DNA of 64,000 bases, taken from assembly GCA_026770705.1 (NCBI GenBank), contig JANJGN010000013.1, positions 5,022,001-5,086,000 of the forward strand, read 5' to 3'. Below the pieces are notes generated by a model, which ran no database searches, was not told where the DNA came from, and was given only the letters and a program-made list of their open reading frames with translations. The DNA is from Isurus oxyrinchus. Its lineage: Eukaryota. Shown here one piece after another: positions 14,184-26,095 of this stretch. Every line of letters starts with the position of its first letter. Positions within the stretch are counted from its first letter, which is position 1. Made by a program: the position numbers and the translations under genes.

Positions 14184-15522
14184 AGAAACTCTGTTAAGAA
14201 CAAAGTAGAATCGAAGAGTGGTGTTTATGCATATTTATAATTTATTCGATAGCTTTCCTGGTATACAGTACCATCAACCTTCAGCTACTGCGTTATACCA
14301 GCAGCTGCAGACATTTCAAGGGCTGTCATTGCGCGAAAGCTGATAACCAAAGTTCTCTGTGTCTTATCAGTGGCCAACCTTATTTCCAAAAGTTGAAGCC
14401 ATTCAAATTCATTAAAATAAATACACAAACAAATGACATAATTGAATTTGGCAAAGTAAAGAACAGGGATATAACTCATATGAGCCTTTGTGCTAACTCT
14501 GATTAATTCAAATTGTTTTGAAATTTTCCATTCATATATAGGCAAAATCATAATTCTGCCTTATTAAGTATGGCTTTTCCCTAGTCGTATTTCTTTTAAG
14601 ATCAATTTCCTTTCCTCTCCACCTCCCATGGTTCTGTGATGACTGGTGGGGTGGGGCATAATGCAACTTTTGAAAGTGAACAAAAGCAGCCCCCAAATTA
14701 TTTAATCCCATTCTGTTCCTTTCACACTAACTAAATTTAACAGGTATACGTCTCCCAACAGCAACTTCATTCAGAGAAAAAAGTCACCTCCCCCACGTTT
14801 GACTCTTTAACAACCTCTGAAGTAGCTGAACAAATCACTCAGTGGTTAAAAAAAAATTGCTATGGAGCAAAATTAAGGCCATCAGCATTTTCACTGCACA
14901 ACTAGAGTTTGGGAGTACAGCTTCGCCAACTTTGACTACACCCAGAAAACTAATTTTATAAACTGTCTGTCTGAGCAAATGTTATCATGTGACAGACAAG
15001 TACTGAGCTGCGTGTGAAGAGGTTTTCATATTGAACCAGAAGGCAAGGGGAAATGAATAATAGATAAGAAAACAGGTCTTCTTGGTTTGTTGTTTTGAAG
15101 TTATGCAATGCAGTGCTTATTTCCAATTTACTGAGCTTTTTTCAAACCATGACGTGCACTTCATGCAGCAACATAAACGGGGCAATTATAGGTTCTGTAT
15201 TCCAGCATCAGTTTGTTGAAATTCAAGATGCAATAGGTATACTCTTAATTTCTATCTGGTCAGGCTCAAGTGAAAGGTCTGGTTAAAATATGCAAATATA
15301 TTGCTGAATTACTGTGCTTTTTGGATTAAAATTCAAAATGGCACTGCACTCTCCATAACAAATCAAAACCTGATTTTAAAAGCCCAGCAGTTTTTCTCTT
15401 TCTGTTCCTGTAAAACTTGAATACTGGCTAAGGCATTCTTTGCTTGTCAGTTAGCCACAGGTGAAAAACAGACCATAAGGGTATGGCACCATTTTCTTTT
15501 CCCTTTAGAACTGCAATATAAT

Positions 15523-16012
15523 GGGCAGAATTTTAGCTTATTTTATCCTGAGTGACCAACAGCAGGTCAAGAACGTAAAAGATATTGGAGCGGGTTATTC
15601 TGTGACTCTTTAACTCAGTCACAGCATGAATATTCCACTTTCAGGTTTCACAGCCAATTGGAATAAGTGGCCGGGCATGATCACAGCCCATACCTGATTG
15701 TTGAAACCCCGTCAAATCCCACTGTGCTTTCACCTTGTTGACCGTGGCAGGCCTGGAAGGCCTGCGTGCTGGCATTTAAAGTCAGAATGCATGGTTAAAT
15801 CTTCAGACAACTGCCTTTCCTCCTGTCCTACGAAGGTTCCCTGAGCACCTGAAGAGGCACGCGCACTGGTTTATTGTTGAAGACAGCGAGTTCATGTTGA
15901 ACCCCTGACACGCCATTTGTTTTTTCTTCTTGAAGTTGCATCTCCTCCCACCCGGCACGCACCTAGCTCTGCACCCATCCCACACCCAGTCTTGCAGATT
16001 AAAATTCCCTCC
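15523..16012. mobile_element. Decayed Harbinger-like MITE
   Basis: The ends are gggcagaattttag and ttaaaattccctcc. The left terminus matches that of the 17730 element, and the interior is GC-richer. Confidence 0.45.
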
Positions 16013-16049
16013 ATCATTTCATGCATGCTTGCCTTTCTTTAGTGCCTCA

Positions 16050-16330
16050 TCCATGAGGCCACTTTTCACACGAGTCAAGGTATAAATTGTTGACAGGCTG
16101 TTCAATTTTCTGCTTCTACAGCCAAGTCAGGTGCTTTTACCACCTGATTCCTACAAATGCACACTTTCCAGCAAGGGTTACTGGATGTTAATCAGGCATG
16201 GAGCCATTGCTAATTTTCTCCCTCGAGCAGAAGGTACTGAGGCCAACTTCAGCATCTCTTGGCCTGGCTGAGAAGAACAGGTACCAGAGATTGAACTTGG
16301 GATACTCCTCTTCTGCATGCCTCTATATCA
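16050..16330 (-). mobile_element. AmnSINE2-like SINE remnant
   Basis: The segments gcacactttccagcaagggttactggat and gtactgaggccaact are reverse complements of the family core. Confidence 0.5.
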
Positions 16331-16351
16331 CTAGAGAAAGCACATCATGCA

Positions 16352-16503
16352 ACGGTTTAGCATTTCATCCAACAGCGGAGCACTCTCTCAGTACTGTCCA
16401 TAAATGTCTGCCGAGATTATGTGCTCAATTCTATGCAATGGGACTTGAATCTATGACCTTCTGGTCTCGGAGGTCAGCATGCTACCAGTGAGCTAAGGTT
16501 GAC
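16352..16503 (-). mobile_element. 5' head of a Deu-domain SINE
   Basis: The minus strand gtcaaccttagctcactggtagc...gattcaagtccca...gtactgagagagtgct aligns with 462-590. Confidence 0.6.
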
Positions 16504-17729
16504 ATGAGTAAATTTAACATAGATAGATACCAAGTTTTGATTTATTTTATGCAATTCAGCATATTATACATTTTGGTAGTTGAAATATGCTTGTGCGCTG
16601 TAATGTTCATAGATATTTCAGCACTGAGGGGATATGATCCAATTTCATTTCTCTCTCTTTCTTGACTAAAGACTGGAATCTTAAATAACTAAATATCTGT
16701 AGTTTTAAAGATGCTGGTGCTGTTATTAAATGGAAGCAAGTTGAACAGGAATGTAAGTGAATACATTATTGTTAAATTCTTCCACTAAATTATTGCTTAA
16801 TTGTGCAGCCATCCTAAAACGGAAAAGGCAATTACTCAGAAGAAAAGCCACATCTGTCAAGATTTTGAATGTGTCTGGTGAAATGACCTTCGAAACATCT
16901 CTGCTGACTAAAGCACACCACCCACCATTTGACAGTGCTGATAATGAAGCGAGAAAAAAGTGAAGGGAAAGTTTAGTCAGTACAACCAACAACTCACTTT
17001 CAGTGCGAGTCATGCAGGAAACACCTTCATCTGCCACAACAGTGCTCTAACCTTTTGTGTCATCACATCTCAAGGGACCAAAGAAAGGAGAACTTCAAAT
17101 CAACTTCCTGGGCCACATAGAATTTGTGAAATCAACAAATTATACTATTAATTTATTAATTAAATTTATTAAAATAATTTATATTCTTTCATTTCTTGAT
17201 TAATTTGACTCACTTTCATGGTTCTCTAACTTGTTACAATCATTGGGGGCTATGAATAACTTGTTTAAACCAAACAAGTGAAGCCAGGCTGCAAACACTA
17301 GAAGTGCAACACGTTAAAAAGTATTAATAAAGAGAAATACGAGCACTAAGATTTCTTGACTCAGCAAGTCATGAGTGATACTAGCTCAACTAGGTTGCTT
17401 GAGCTCAGTTGCTCTCAGCTAGGCTGTTGGGTGGAACACTACTATTTCAGAGGGGAGTAGAGGTGGAGGTGGATAAGCTGACACAGGTCAATCTGCACTA
17501 CTGAATCTTGCTTGCTGCTAACCAATTATGAAGCAGCTACATCAGCGGGTGGAAAACCCTCGGATCCACAATCTTCTGCTCTCTTGTTTGTAGTGGGCTG
17601 GGTCATTGGTTAGCAGTACAGTTGTATGAACAAGAAAATCAGAAAATTAAAGGATAGTAAAAGGGGAGAAGAATTCTGTGCATACAGCTTATTTTTCCTT
17701 CCTTCCGTAACTGCAGGTCTTATTGAAAA

Positions 17730-18385
17730 GGGCAGAATTTTCCATTTGGCTTGTGGGCGCACAGCCGGCATGCCGGAACGGTAAATGACACGTGATGACG
17801 TTGGGCATGCATCCCGACGTCATCGCGAAGTTGCGCGATAATTCGTTCAGCGGATGTGTGCCAGAGTCAGCTGCAGGGTCACCGATAATTGATAGGCCTA
17901 TTAAGGCCATTAACCAGTTAATTAACATGAATTTTATGCTGCCCGTCCAACCTTGAGGTTGGCAGGCAGGCGAAAATGCCGAGCGGCCTTTACGTTTTTT
18001 TAGGAAACCTCATCCATGAGCAGGATGAGGTTTCCTAATGCTTTCACAAGTTAAATAAAAGCTTGTTTTGAAAAATAAAAACAGGTCCCATCTCATGTGA
18101 CACAGTCATTTCATTACATTTTTGTTGTATTTACTTATTTTTTTAAAAAGCGCTCTAAACTCCGAGGCAGCTCCGTGCCTCAGGGAGACAGAAGCGCTCT
18201 TTTGTGCACAGGCCGGACCCGACTCTCCCTCCTCCCCTGCCCGCACAGGTAGCGCTCTACCGCTTGCGATCTACATGATTGGCCCACCCGTGTGAAATCG
18301 CATTGTGGAGCTGATCGCAGGTAGGGCTCAGCTCTGTGGCCGCCCCCTCCCGCCGAGCCCACCCGACAAATGGAAAATCCTGACC
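17730..18385. mobile_element. Non-autonomous PIF/Harbinger-like DNA transposon, CpG-rich
   Basis: The 18-bp TIRs are gggcagaattttccattt and aaatggaaaatcctgacc (2 mismatches). The flanks are aaa and taa, close to a TWA-type TSD. There is a local CpG excess. Confidence 0.7.
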
Positions 18386-18865
18386 TAAGTTTTCTTGAGG
18401 ATCATCATCTTTCAAATTTACTTAAAAAAAAGTAGTTGTGTCAGAAGATTCTAGATATATCACAGGAACGAGATAGTACACTTGCAGTTATTCATAGCAT
18501 GTGTAAAACATTTCTTGGTGGACTGTTGCGCTGTCAAAGCTTTTGAGGAGTGCTGACTTCATCACTTTCCCATAGATATACTGAATTTCTATGCACAGCA
18601 CCATTATACCACCAGCAGTCTAACTATATTCTTCACCACATACCTAAAAACACTTTGAGTGAAAATTTAAATGGTTTTAGGAATAGAAATTTGTAGCTCA
18701 GAAGGAGACCACTCTAGCCTTGTGCTGAGTTTAGGCCCCTCACAAAAGTTTAATTTTACACGGTACCATTTGTAGAAATAGAGTTTTCAGCTACCCAAGA
18801 TTTTTATGTTGAAATTAGTCAGAAATGTTCCAAAAGCTTATGAAATATTTGCACTCATCTGAACA

Positions 18866-18928
18866 CATGTGTACCTGATGTTGCAACCATGCATCATTGT
18901 AATCCAGGTCTAAAGGGATGGGGTGGGG
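18866..18928 (+). repeat. 63-bp dispersed direct repeat, copy 1
   Basis: It is 61/63 identical to 19730-19792. Confidence 0.9.
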
Positions 18929-19729
18929 TAAGGTTCTTGAACATAATGCTAATTTCACATCACTTGGACGGGGGCTCCCAATCTTAACTAAAGAGCCTCA
19001 GTTTCATTCATTATCCAGACCCTACGGAATGCAGTCTTTTCTGAGGTCGAAATATCATACCTGTCGAAATGTCTAGCCAGTCTACATTTCAAGCTGATAG
19101 ATGAGAATGGAACAACACTAAGCACGTGAGGTTATAGAAGAATTTGCCTCTCGTCTGTCAAGAGAGTAGCAGCATCCACAATGATGAGTAAAAAAAAGAG
19201 CTGGGAGAATAAAAATGAAGATCTTTTGTCCAATTAAAGAATGATGCAACCTCAAAGACATTAGAAGATTCTCTTTTGAATATCATAGTAATTCTGTAAA
19301 TTGAGCTCATTGGTATAAGTCTGCAACCTCAGTCTGTAAATATACTTGACATTTTAATTTATCAATTGCTACACAAGTCATAGAATTAATGGCCCTAGTT
19401 TGAAAGCTACAAGACTCCAAAGTTCAGCATCATTCATGTACAGCTTCAGTGTATCCACAGTATCACCTAACAGCCAGCATGCCTAATTGACCCAATTTTG
19501 TACACAGTAATGTTTTGAAAGAAATTCACATTAAAAAAGCAACAAACCAATTAAGACTGAAGAGAAAAAGACAGATCTGTTGCGACAAGTATAGTAATTA
19601 ATAAAGCATTCTAAAGGACAGAAGCTTTTTTGTTAAATGCTGACTTTGCTGGCAAAGCATTGGAGAAGCCGGGATGGGGGCAAGCCGAAACACTCAACAC
19701 CCTCCACCACCTCCCCAACCACAAAGCTG

Positions 19730-19792
19730 CATGTGGACCTGATGTTGCAACCATGCATCATTGTAATCCAGGTCTAAACGGATGGGGTGGGG
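19730..19792 (+). repeat. 63-bp dispersed direct repeat, copy 2
   Basis: It is 61/63 identical to 18866-18928. Confidence 0.9.
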
Positions 19793-20154
19793 GGAAATGG
19801 TTGAGAGGGAGATTGTCATCACATGGGAAAGTGGATCACGTTTTCTTCTCTCTGTTGCGCACTGTCTTTCCTCCACCCCGCGCCCTCCCTACCCCCAACC
19901 ACCACCTTCTTTATGACTATGCCATGATCTCCCTCTCCTCTCCTCCACCAGATTTGGATCATACTCTTGACCAATAACATCAATGAGTTGATTTATCAGA
20001 AAGCTTGGTAATGTGTGTGCAGCAAGAGACATCGTTAGACTGGGCGAAACTCAGAAATCATAATACTATCATTCTTAACTCCTGTGACATAAAGGGAGAT
20101 TTCCCCAGCCCCCACACTTAAACTGGTTAACAATCTTTGGCCCGCACACAATGC

Positions 20155-20430
20155 CTGATTTATTCTTGGGATGTGAGTGTTGCTGGTAAGGGCACCATTT
20201 ATTGTCCATCCCTAAATGCCCTCAAGAAGGTGATGGTGAGTCAGCCTCTTGAACCACTGCAGTCCATGAGGTGTAGGTACACCCACAGTGCTATTAGGGA
20301 GGGAGTTCCAGGATTTTGACCCAGTGACAAATAAGTCAGGATGACAACTGGCTTGGAAGGGAAACTTGCAGGTGGTGGGTGCTTATGTGTCTGCTGCCCT
20401 GTTCTAAGTGGTAGAAGTCAGGGTTTGGAA
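20155..20430 (-). mobile_element. 3' fragment of a second CR1/L2-group LINE family (family B)
   Basis: It is collinear with 60851-61130 and 36934-37230 (gaaggtgatggtgag...cttgaaccactgcagtccat). Confidence 0.8.
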
Positions 20431-21966
20431 TTAGTTACCACAGATCACAACCAGAGTGTTTCGTTTGATGGAGTGATAAGAGCCAATGTGGGTAATTACA
20501 GTCTTTGATCCGTAATGCCATCCTGCACCTGAATAAGGCCTCTTGATGATACTACAAATCTGCAACTCCATTAATGTCACTAACAATGACTTTATACTCA
20601 CCCGTTCCCGTTGAATAAAATTCAGTGGATGATCCATCTCAGTCTCCTTCTGAGGTCCACAATATCATAGATGTCTGCAGTCAATTTTGTTCACTTCACA
20701 TGACATCAAAAAATAGTTTACTACACTGGATACAGCAAAGGCTATAGAACCCAACAATATCTGGCCGTACTGCTGAACACCTGTGCTCCAGAACTAACCA
20801 CACCTCTTGCCAAGCTGTCCCAGTGCGACTACTGGCACCTACCCAACAAATGGAAAACTGCCCAGGTATACCCTATTCACAAAAAGCAGGACAAGTCGGT
20901 TAAGGCCAACTACCACCATGTCAGCATACTCTCAAAGGTCAACAAAGTGGTGCACGGTGTCATCGACAGGACTATTAGATGGCAATTACTCATGATGCTC
21001 AATTTGGATTTTTCCAGCACTTCTCAGCTTCAGAACCCATTGCAAACTTGATCTAAACAAGGAGAAAAGAGCTGAATTCCAGAGGTTAGCTGAGAATGAC
21101 TGCCCTTGCCATCACAATGGTTTTTTTGACCAAATGTGGCACCAAGGAGTACTAGTAAAACTGAATTCAGTGGGAATCGGGGGAAAAACTCTCCATTAGA
21201 TGAAGTCATACCTAGCACAAAGGGGATGATTGTGGTTGATGGACACCAACCATGTCAGCTTCAGGGCACCAGTGCAGGAGTTCCCTAGGCCAGTGTCTGA
21301 GGCTCAACCATCTTAAGCTACTTCATCAATGAACTTTCCTCCATCATTACATCAGAAGTGGGAATGTTCGCTGATGATTGCACAGTGTTCAGTATCATTC
21401 ATAATTCTATGGATAATGAAGTAGTCTGTGCTCACAAGCAAGATCTGGTCAACATCAAGGCTTGGGCTGATAAATAACAAGTAACATTTGTGCCACATTT
21501 GGCAAACAAAGATGCTTTCTCGTTGGAGATGATCAAAGAATCTCCCCTTGAACTTCAACAGCACTACCATTGCCAAATCCACACCATCAACATCCTGGGT
21601 GGGGGGATGGTTTCCATTGACCAGAAACTGTACCAAGCACATAAACACAGTTGTTATAAAGGCAGATCAGAGGTTGCATATTTTGTGGTGTGACTCACCT
21701 CTGAACACTCCAAAGCTTTTTCACTACCTACAAAACACAAGGCAGACGTCTGATAGAAAACATTGCACCTGTCTGGATAAGTTCAGCTCGAGCAGCTGGC
21801 TTGACTGGCACACTACCTACCACCTTAAGCATTCACTCCCTCCCACAATGTTGTACCAACTACAATATGCAGCAAATTGTCAAGCCTTCCTCAACAGCAC
21901 CTCGCAAACCTGTGACTTCTACCACCAAGACAGACAAGGTCAGTAGGCACAAAGGAACAGTACCTC

Positions 21967-22728
21967 GTTGCTCCCAATGTGATCTCCTCTACATTGGAGA
22001 GACCAAACGTAAACTGGGCGACCGCTTTGCAGAACACCTGCGGTCTGTCCGCAAGAATGACCCAAACCTCCCTGTCGCTTGCCATTTTAACACTCCACCC
22101 TGCTCTCTTGCCCACATGTCTGTCCTTGGCTTGCTGCATTGTTCCAGTGAAGCCCAACGCAAACTGGAGGAACAACACCTCATCTTCCGACTAGGCACCT
22201 TACAGCCTTCCGGTCTGAATATTGAATTCAACAACTTTAGGTCGTGAGCTCCCTCCCCCATCCCCACCCCCTTTCTGCTTCCCCCTTTTCCCCCTTTTTT
22301 TTTCCCTATAAATTATATAGATTTTTCTTTTCCCACCTATTTCCATTATTTTTAAATATTTTAAAATCTTTTATGCTCCCCCCATCCCCACTAGAGCTGT
22401 ACCTTGAGCGCCCTACCATCCATTCTTAATTAGCACATCCGTTTAGATAATATCACCAACTTTAACTTTAACACCTATGTGTTCTTTTGTACCATTGTCA
22501 CTGACATCTTTTGATGATCTGCTTGTTTGTCTACACAACCCACCTCTCTCTCTCTATCTCTCTGCCCCCCCACACACACACCTTAAACCAGCTTATATTT
22601 CAACTCTTTCTTGGACTCGAAATCAAGTTCTGTCGAAGGGTCAGGAGGACTCGAAACGTCAACTCTTTTCTTCTCCACCGATGCTGCCAGACCTGCTGAG
22701 TTTTTCCAGGTAATTCTGTTTTTGTTTT
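21967..22728 (+). mobile_element. 5'-truncated young Neptune PLE (GIY-YIG C-part, 3' UTR, hammerhead)
   Basis: It encodes RCSQCDLLYIGETKR...GLNIEFNNFRS* (to 22247) and is near-identical to 40253-41016. There is an exact 12-bp TSD, gaacagtacctc, at 21955-21966 and 22729-22740. Confidence 0.93.
22626..22664 (+). ncRNA. Minimal hammerhead motif, variant core CUGUCGA
   Basis: The sequence reads agtt-CTGTCGA-a-gggtc-aggag-gactc-GAAA-cGTC-aact. Confidence 0.7.
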
Positions 22729-23064
22729 GAACAGTACCTCCAAGTTCACTCCAAATCACATCAGTCTGACTAGGACACATATTGTCATTCCCACATTGTC
22801 AATTGGTCAAAATCCTGGAACTTCCTATCTAATAGCTGTGGGGGAGGACCTTCACCACACGGACTGCAGTGGTTCAAGAAGGTACCACCTTCTCAAGGGT
22901 AATTAGGAATGGGTAATAAATGTTCGATTTGCCTGCATCTTGAGAATTAATAGATACATTTTTAAAAAATGACAGCATATTCTATGTTGCTTTCACCAAC
23001 ATACACACCAGCATTACATTTGTGATATTTGCCAGACGACTATTCCAGAATTCTCATGGCCAGC

Positions 23065-23230
23065 TTCTAATGAAAGGGAGTTCATCCTAAACTCTGCTGC
23101 CCCTATCTTCACTTGTAGTAAATGCCACTCACCTGTCACTGCCATGCTGTTTGACCGACACCTTGATTTTAAAATTCTCATCTGTATGTTAAATTCCTCC
23201 ATGGTTTCAACCTTTCCTATCAGAACTCCA
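23065..23230 (+). mobile_element. L2 LINE remnant
   Basis: The segments atcctaaactctgctgccc and ccttgattttaaaattctcatc (NSAA...DFKIL) are typical of the L2 ORF2 C-terminus. Confidence 0.5.
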
Positions 23231-23240
23231 GAATAGAGAT

Positions 23241-23353
23241 GCTGTGTATTCTCTGAACTCAGCACCGAGTCCTTTGTGTTCTCTGAAGTTGGGTGCGAGT
23301 GCTGTGCATTCCCTGAACTCGGCAGTGTCAGTACTGTGCCTTGTCAGAACTCT
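23241..23353 (+). repeat. Degenerate minisatellite of about 30 bp, roughly 4 units
   Basis: The units are tgctgtgtattctctgaactcagcaccgag, tcctttgtgttctctgaagttgggtgcgag, tgctgtgcattccctgaactcggcagtgtcag and tactgtgccttgtcagaactctg. Confidence 0.7.
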
Positions 23354-24304
23354 GTAGCCTGCCTCTGTAGTCAATGTCTGGATCAAATTACACTGGCAAA
23401 AAACACAATCTACATCAGACATGATCAAATTACATATCCCACACAAACTAGTGGGTGTGCCTTGTTCTTCAAAGGGACCAATCAGAAATCTGGTCCAGTC
23501 CACTAATGTCGCAAATAGATACAGCCTTTTATTTTAAGTTGTGTGGCACGTTTCCAGTGGAACCATGAAAATTCATGAAAAGACAAGATCACCACAATGA
23601 ACTCTACAATCCTTCCTGTTTGGCAGTCCAAATTAATACAGGAAGCTGTCACCTATAGATCCTCTGATTTGTCAGATGAGAAGCCAGTGCCTCAAGCAAT
23701 CATATAAACATTATACAATAAATTTGATTAAGGTCCTAGCTGCACTAGTAAAAACCCTACAGAATATTATGTCACCAATATCCTTTACTGAAGTATGCTC
23801 AGTTTGAAGCACAGGCTGTGTTTTGCTGTATTCTGCTACCAGGATATCAAAGTACACCTGTTAGAAATGATGAAAACTCATCTTACTTTACCATTTTTAA
23901 AAGTGCACAAACACTCTGGAATCAGCAAAGATATAAGAGAGCAACTGATCAGACAGAATTTTCTGAGAAGGGTTTAGGTACCTCACTTCATACAACTGGA
24001 GTAGAGTGCTTTGCTGAAAAGCAGCCAGAGATTCTCAATTGTGGCAGGCTCCAGGAGATATCACATGTTATCATATAAAGTTGAATGATTTTCAGGAAAC
24101 AAAATTAAAGCAATGGACCAGTGACAATGTGCCATAAGATATTTTCTTTCTTCCTACTGCTATAAATTGAAGTTTGCTCATTGGAGGTTACCGAAAGGTC
24201 AAAGATCATTATTTTTTTCTCATCCCAACCTAAAGATGAGGCTATTAAACACGGGATTTAAAGCACCAACAGTGAATATCATTGTTATGATTTGAATAAT
24301 TGGA

Positions 24305-24555
24305 TCATAGGATAGTTACAGCACAGAAGGAGGCTATTTGGCCAGTCATGTCTGTGCCGGCTCTCTGCAAGAGAGCTAGTGCCACTCCCCTCCTTTCCAC
24401 GCATGCCCTGCAAATTTTCTCTCTCATAATGATCCAGTTCCCTTTTGAAAGTCACCACTGAATTTGCCTCCAACTCAGGCACTACATACTGGATCCTAAC
24501 CATTCACTTTGTAAAAAAGCTGTTCCTCATGTTGCCTGTGGCTCTTTTACCAGTC
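24305..24555 (-). mobile_element. CR1 3' fragment
   Basis: It is the reverse complement of the 3' end at 50820-51075. ORF 24285-24503 contains FKRELD. Confidence 0.75.
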
Positions 24556-25399
24556 ATTTTTGATTGTTTAATGAGGGGTAAAGTGGCATATCCCAGCACC
24601 CTCCCCCCAACTCAATCCCAACAACCCCCTTCTGCTTTCCATGTGCGACCACGCCCCCCCTCCTGCCCCCTCTCCCACCCCCCACCCTCTGATTTTTTTC
24701 TAATCTAATCTGTATGAACATTGTTTAAGGACAGTGCTGAGGAGGGAGACTCCCCACTGCAGAGTGAGTGAAGGGTGTTTCTGGCAGGAGGGCAACTTGC
24801 ATAGAGAGACCAATTTTCCAATGAAACAAATACATTCTGAGAGTGAGATAACAGACCACATGACTAAACATCATTCCTCAACTGTGGCATATTGCACCGG
24901 AGGTTATGTGGGATACCAGCGATGTTATCCAAACAGTCATAAACGCCATACCATTATTTCCAGATAGAAACGATTTAGACAGCTAATTTACAACTAAGAT
25001 TTTGCTTTGTTGTGATTTTCACTTGTATTTCTCACATGCTGATCATGTACAAAACTGATGAAAGAGACTGCTGTACTTTTCTCAAAAGCTGATATACAAG
25101 GGTGATTTGAAACTCCAGTCCAATGCAAAGAGCTCACCTGTCAATTATATTAAACAAAGTTGAACAGTTAGGCCAATGGCTTTTTGTCAATATAAATCTT
25201 TCATGGCACAGTTGTTACTCTTAAGGTATTAACATCCTCCCTCTTAACTATATGTCGAAGAGTCAGTTATTAAAAATAACAAATTCTTCCTCCAGACTGT
25301 GACCTGCCATTTATTAGGTTTGTTTTTAAGAAAAGCCGCCTAACAAACTATTACCAAATGAGTGAGACTGTAGCATGTTTGCTGGAGACACCTAGCCTT

Positions 25400-26095
25400 A
25401 ACTCACTACCATCTCTCTCAGCTCCTCCACTGTTGCTAAATTATCAGGCTGCTTGTCTGACATTCAGTACTGGATAAGCAGAAATTTCCTTAAATATTAA
25501 GATCGGATCAACTGTTTTTGGTCCCTGCTACAAACCCCATTCCCTAGTAACTGACTACATCACTTCCCCTGGCAACTGTAGGGCAAGTTGTTCATAACCT
25601 TGGTGTCATATGTGACACTCAGATGAGGTTCCAACCACATATATGTACCATCAATAAGACTGCCTTTTTCCATCTCTTTAACACTGCCAGGCTCCACCGC
25701 TGCCTCAGTTCACCTGCTGCTGAAACCCTCATCCATGCCTTTGTTACCACTATACTTAACTATTCCAATGCACTCCTGGCCACCTTCCCACTTTCTACCC
25801 GCCAAGAATATCTGTGCTCATTTAATTCTGTCTTCTTCAGCATCCTCAACTTCAATTGCACCACCATCGGGGGTCATGCCTTTAAATATCTAGCTCCTAA
25901 GCTTTGGAGTTCCCTTCCTAATTCTCTCCACCTCTCTTTTCTCCTTTAAAATGTTCCTTAATACTTGCCTCTTTGACTAAATTTTTGACCACCTGCCCTA
26001 ATATTGCCTTATGTGGCTCAGTGTCAAAATTTGCTTTATGATACACCTTGGGACGTTTTATTATGTTAAAGGCACCACATAAATACAAAAACACG
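25400..26095 (+). mobile_element. L2 LINE 3' fragment
   Basis: ORF 25623-25949 (KTAFFHL...AAETLIHAFVT..LNYSNALLA...APKLWSSLP) matches L2 ORF2. An L2 tail follows. Confidence 0.85.

Larger units (their letters stand above)
20610..22950 (+). mobile_element. Decayed family-B LINE (RT and 3' UTR), interrupted by a PLE insertion
   Basis: RT remnants include caggagttccctaggccagtgt (GVP.GS.) and atgttcgctgatgattgc (MFADDC). The LINE resumes after 22740 with its 3' UTR (ggactgcagtggttcaagaagg). Confidence 0.8.

Noticed and set aside
21801-22247. 148-aa ORF as a LINE-PLE fusion gene
   Set aside because: It is chance read-through from decayed LINE sequence into a truncated PLE insert. The first half of the GIY-YIG motif is missing.
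20155-22950. Family-B LINE pair as one tail-out inverted insertion
   Set aside because: About 180 bp of apparently unrelated sequence separates the two pieces and no shared TSD is visible. Two independent insertions are more likely.
23241-23353. CRISPR-like array
   Set aside because: The context is vertebrate, the units are degenerate, there are no distinct spacers and there are no cas genes.
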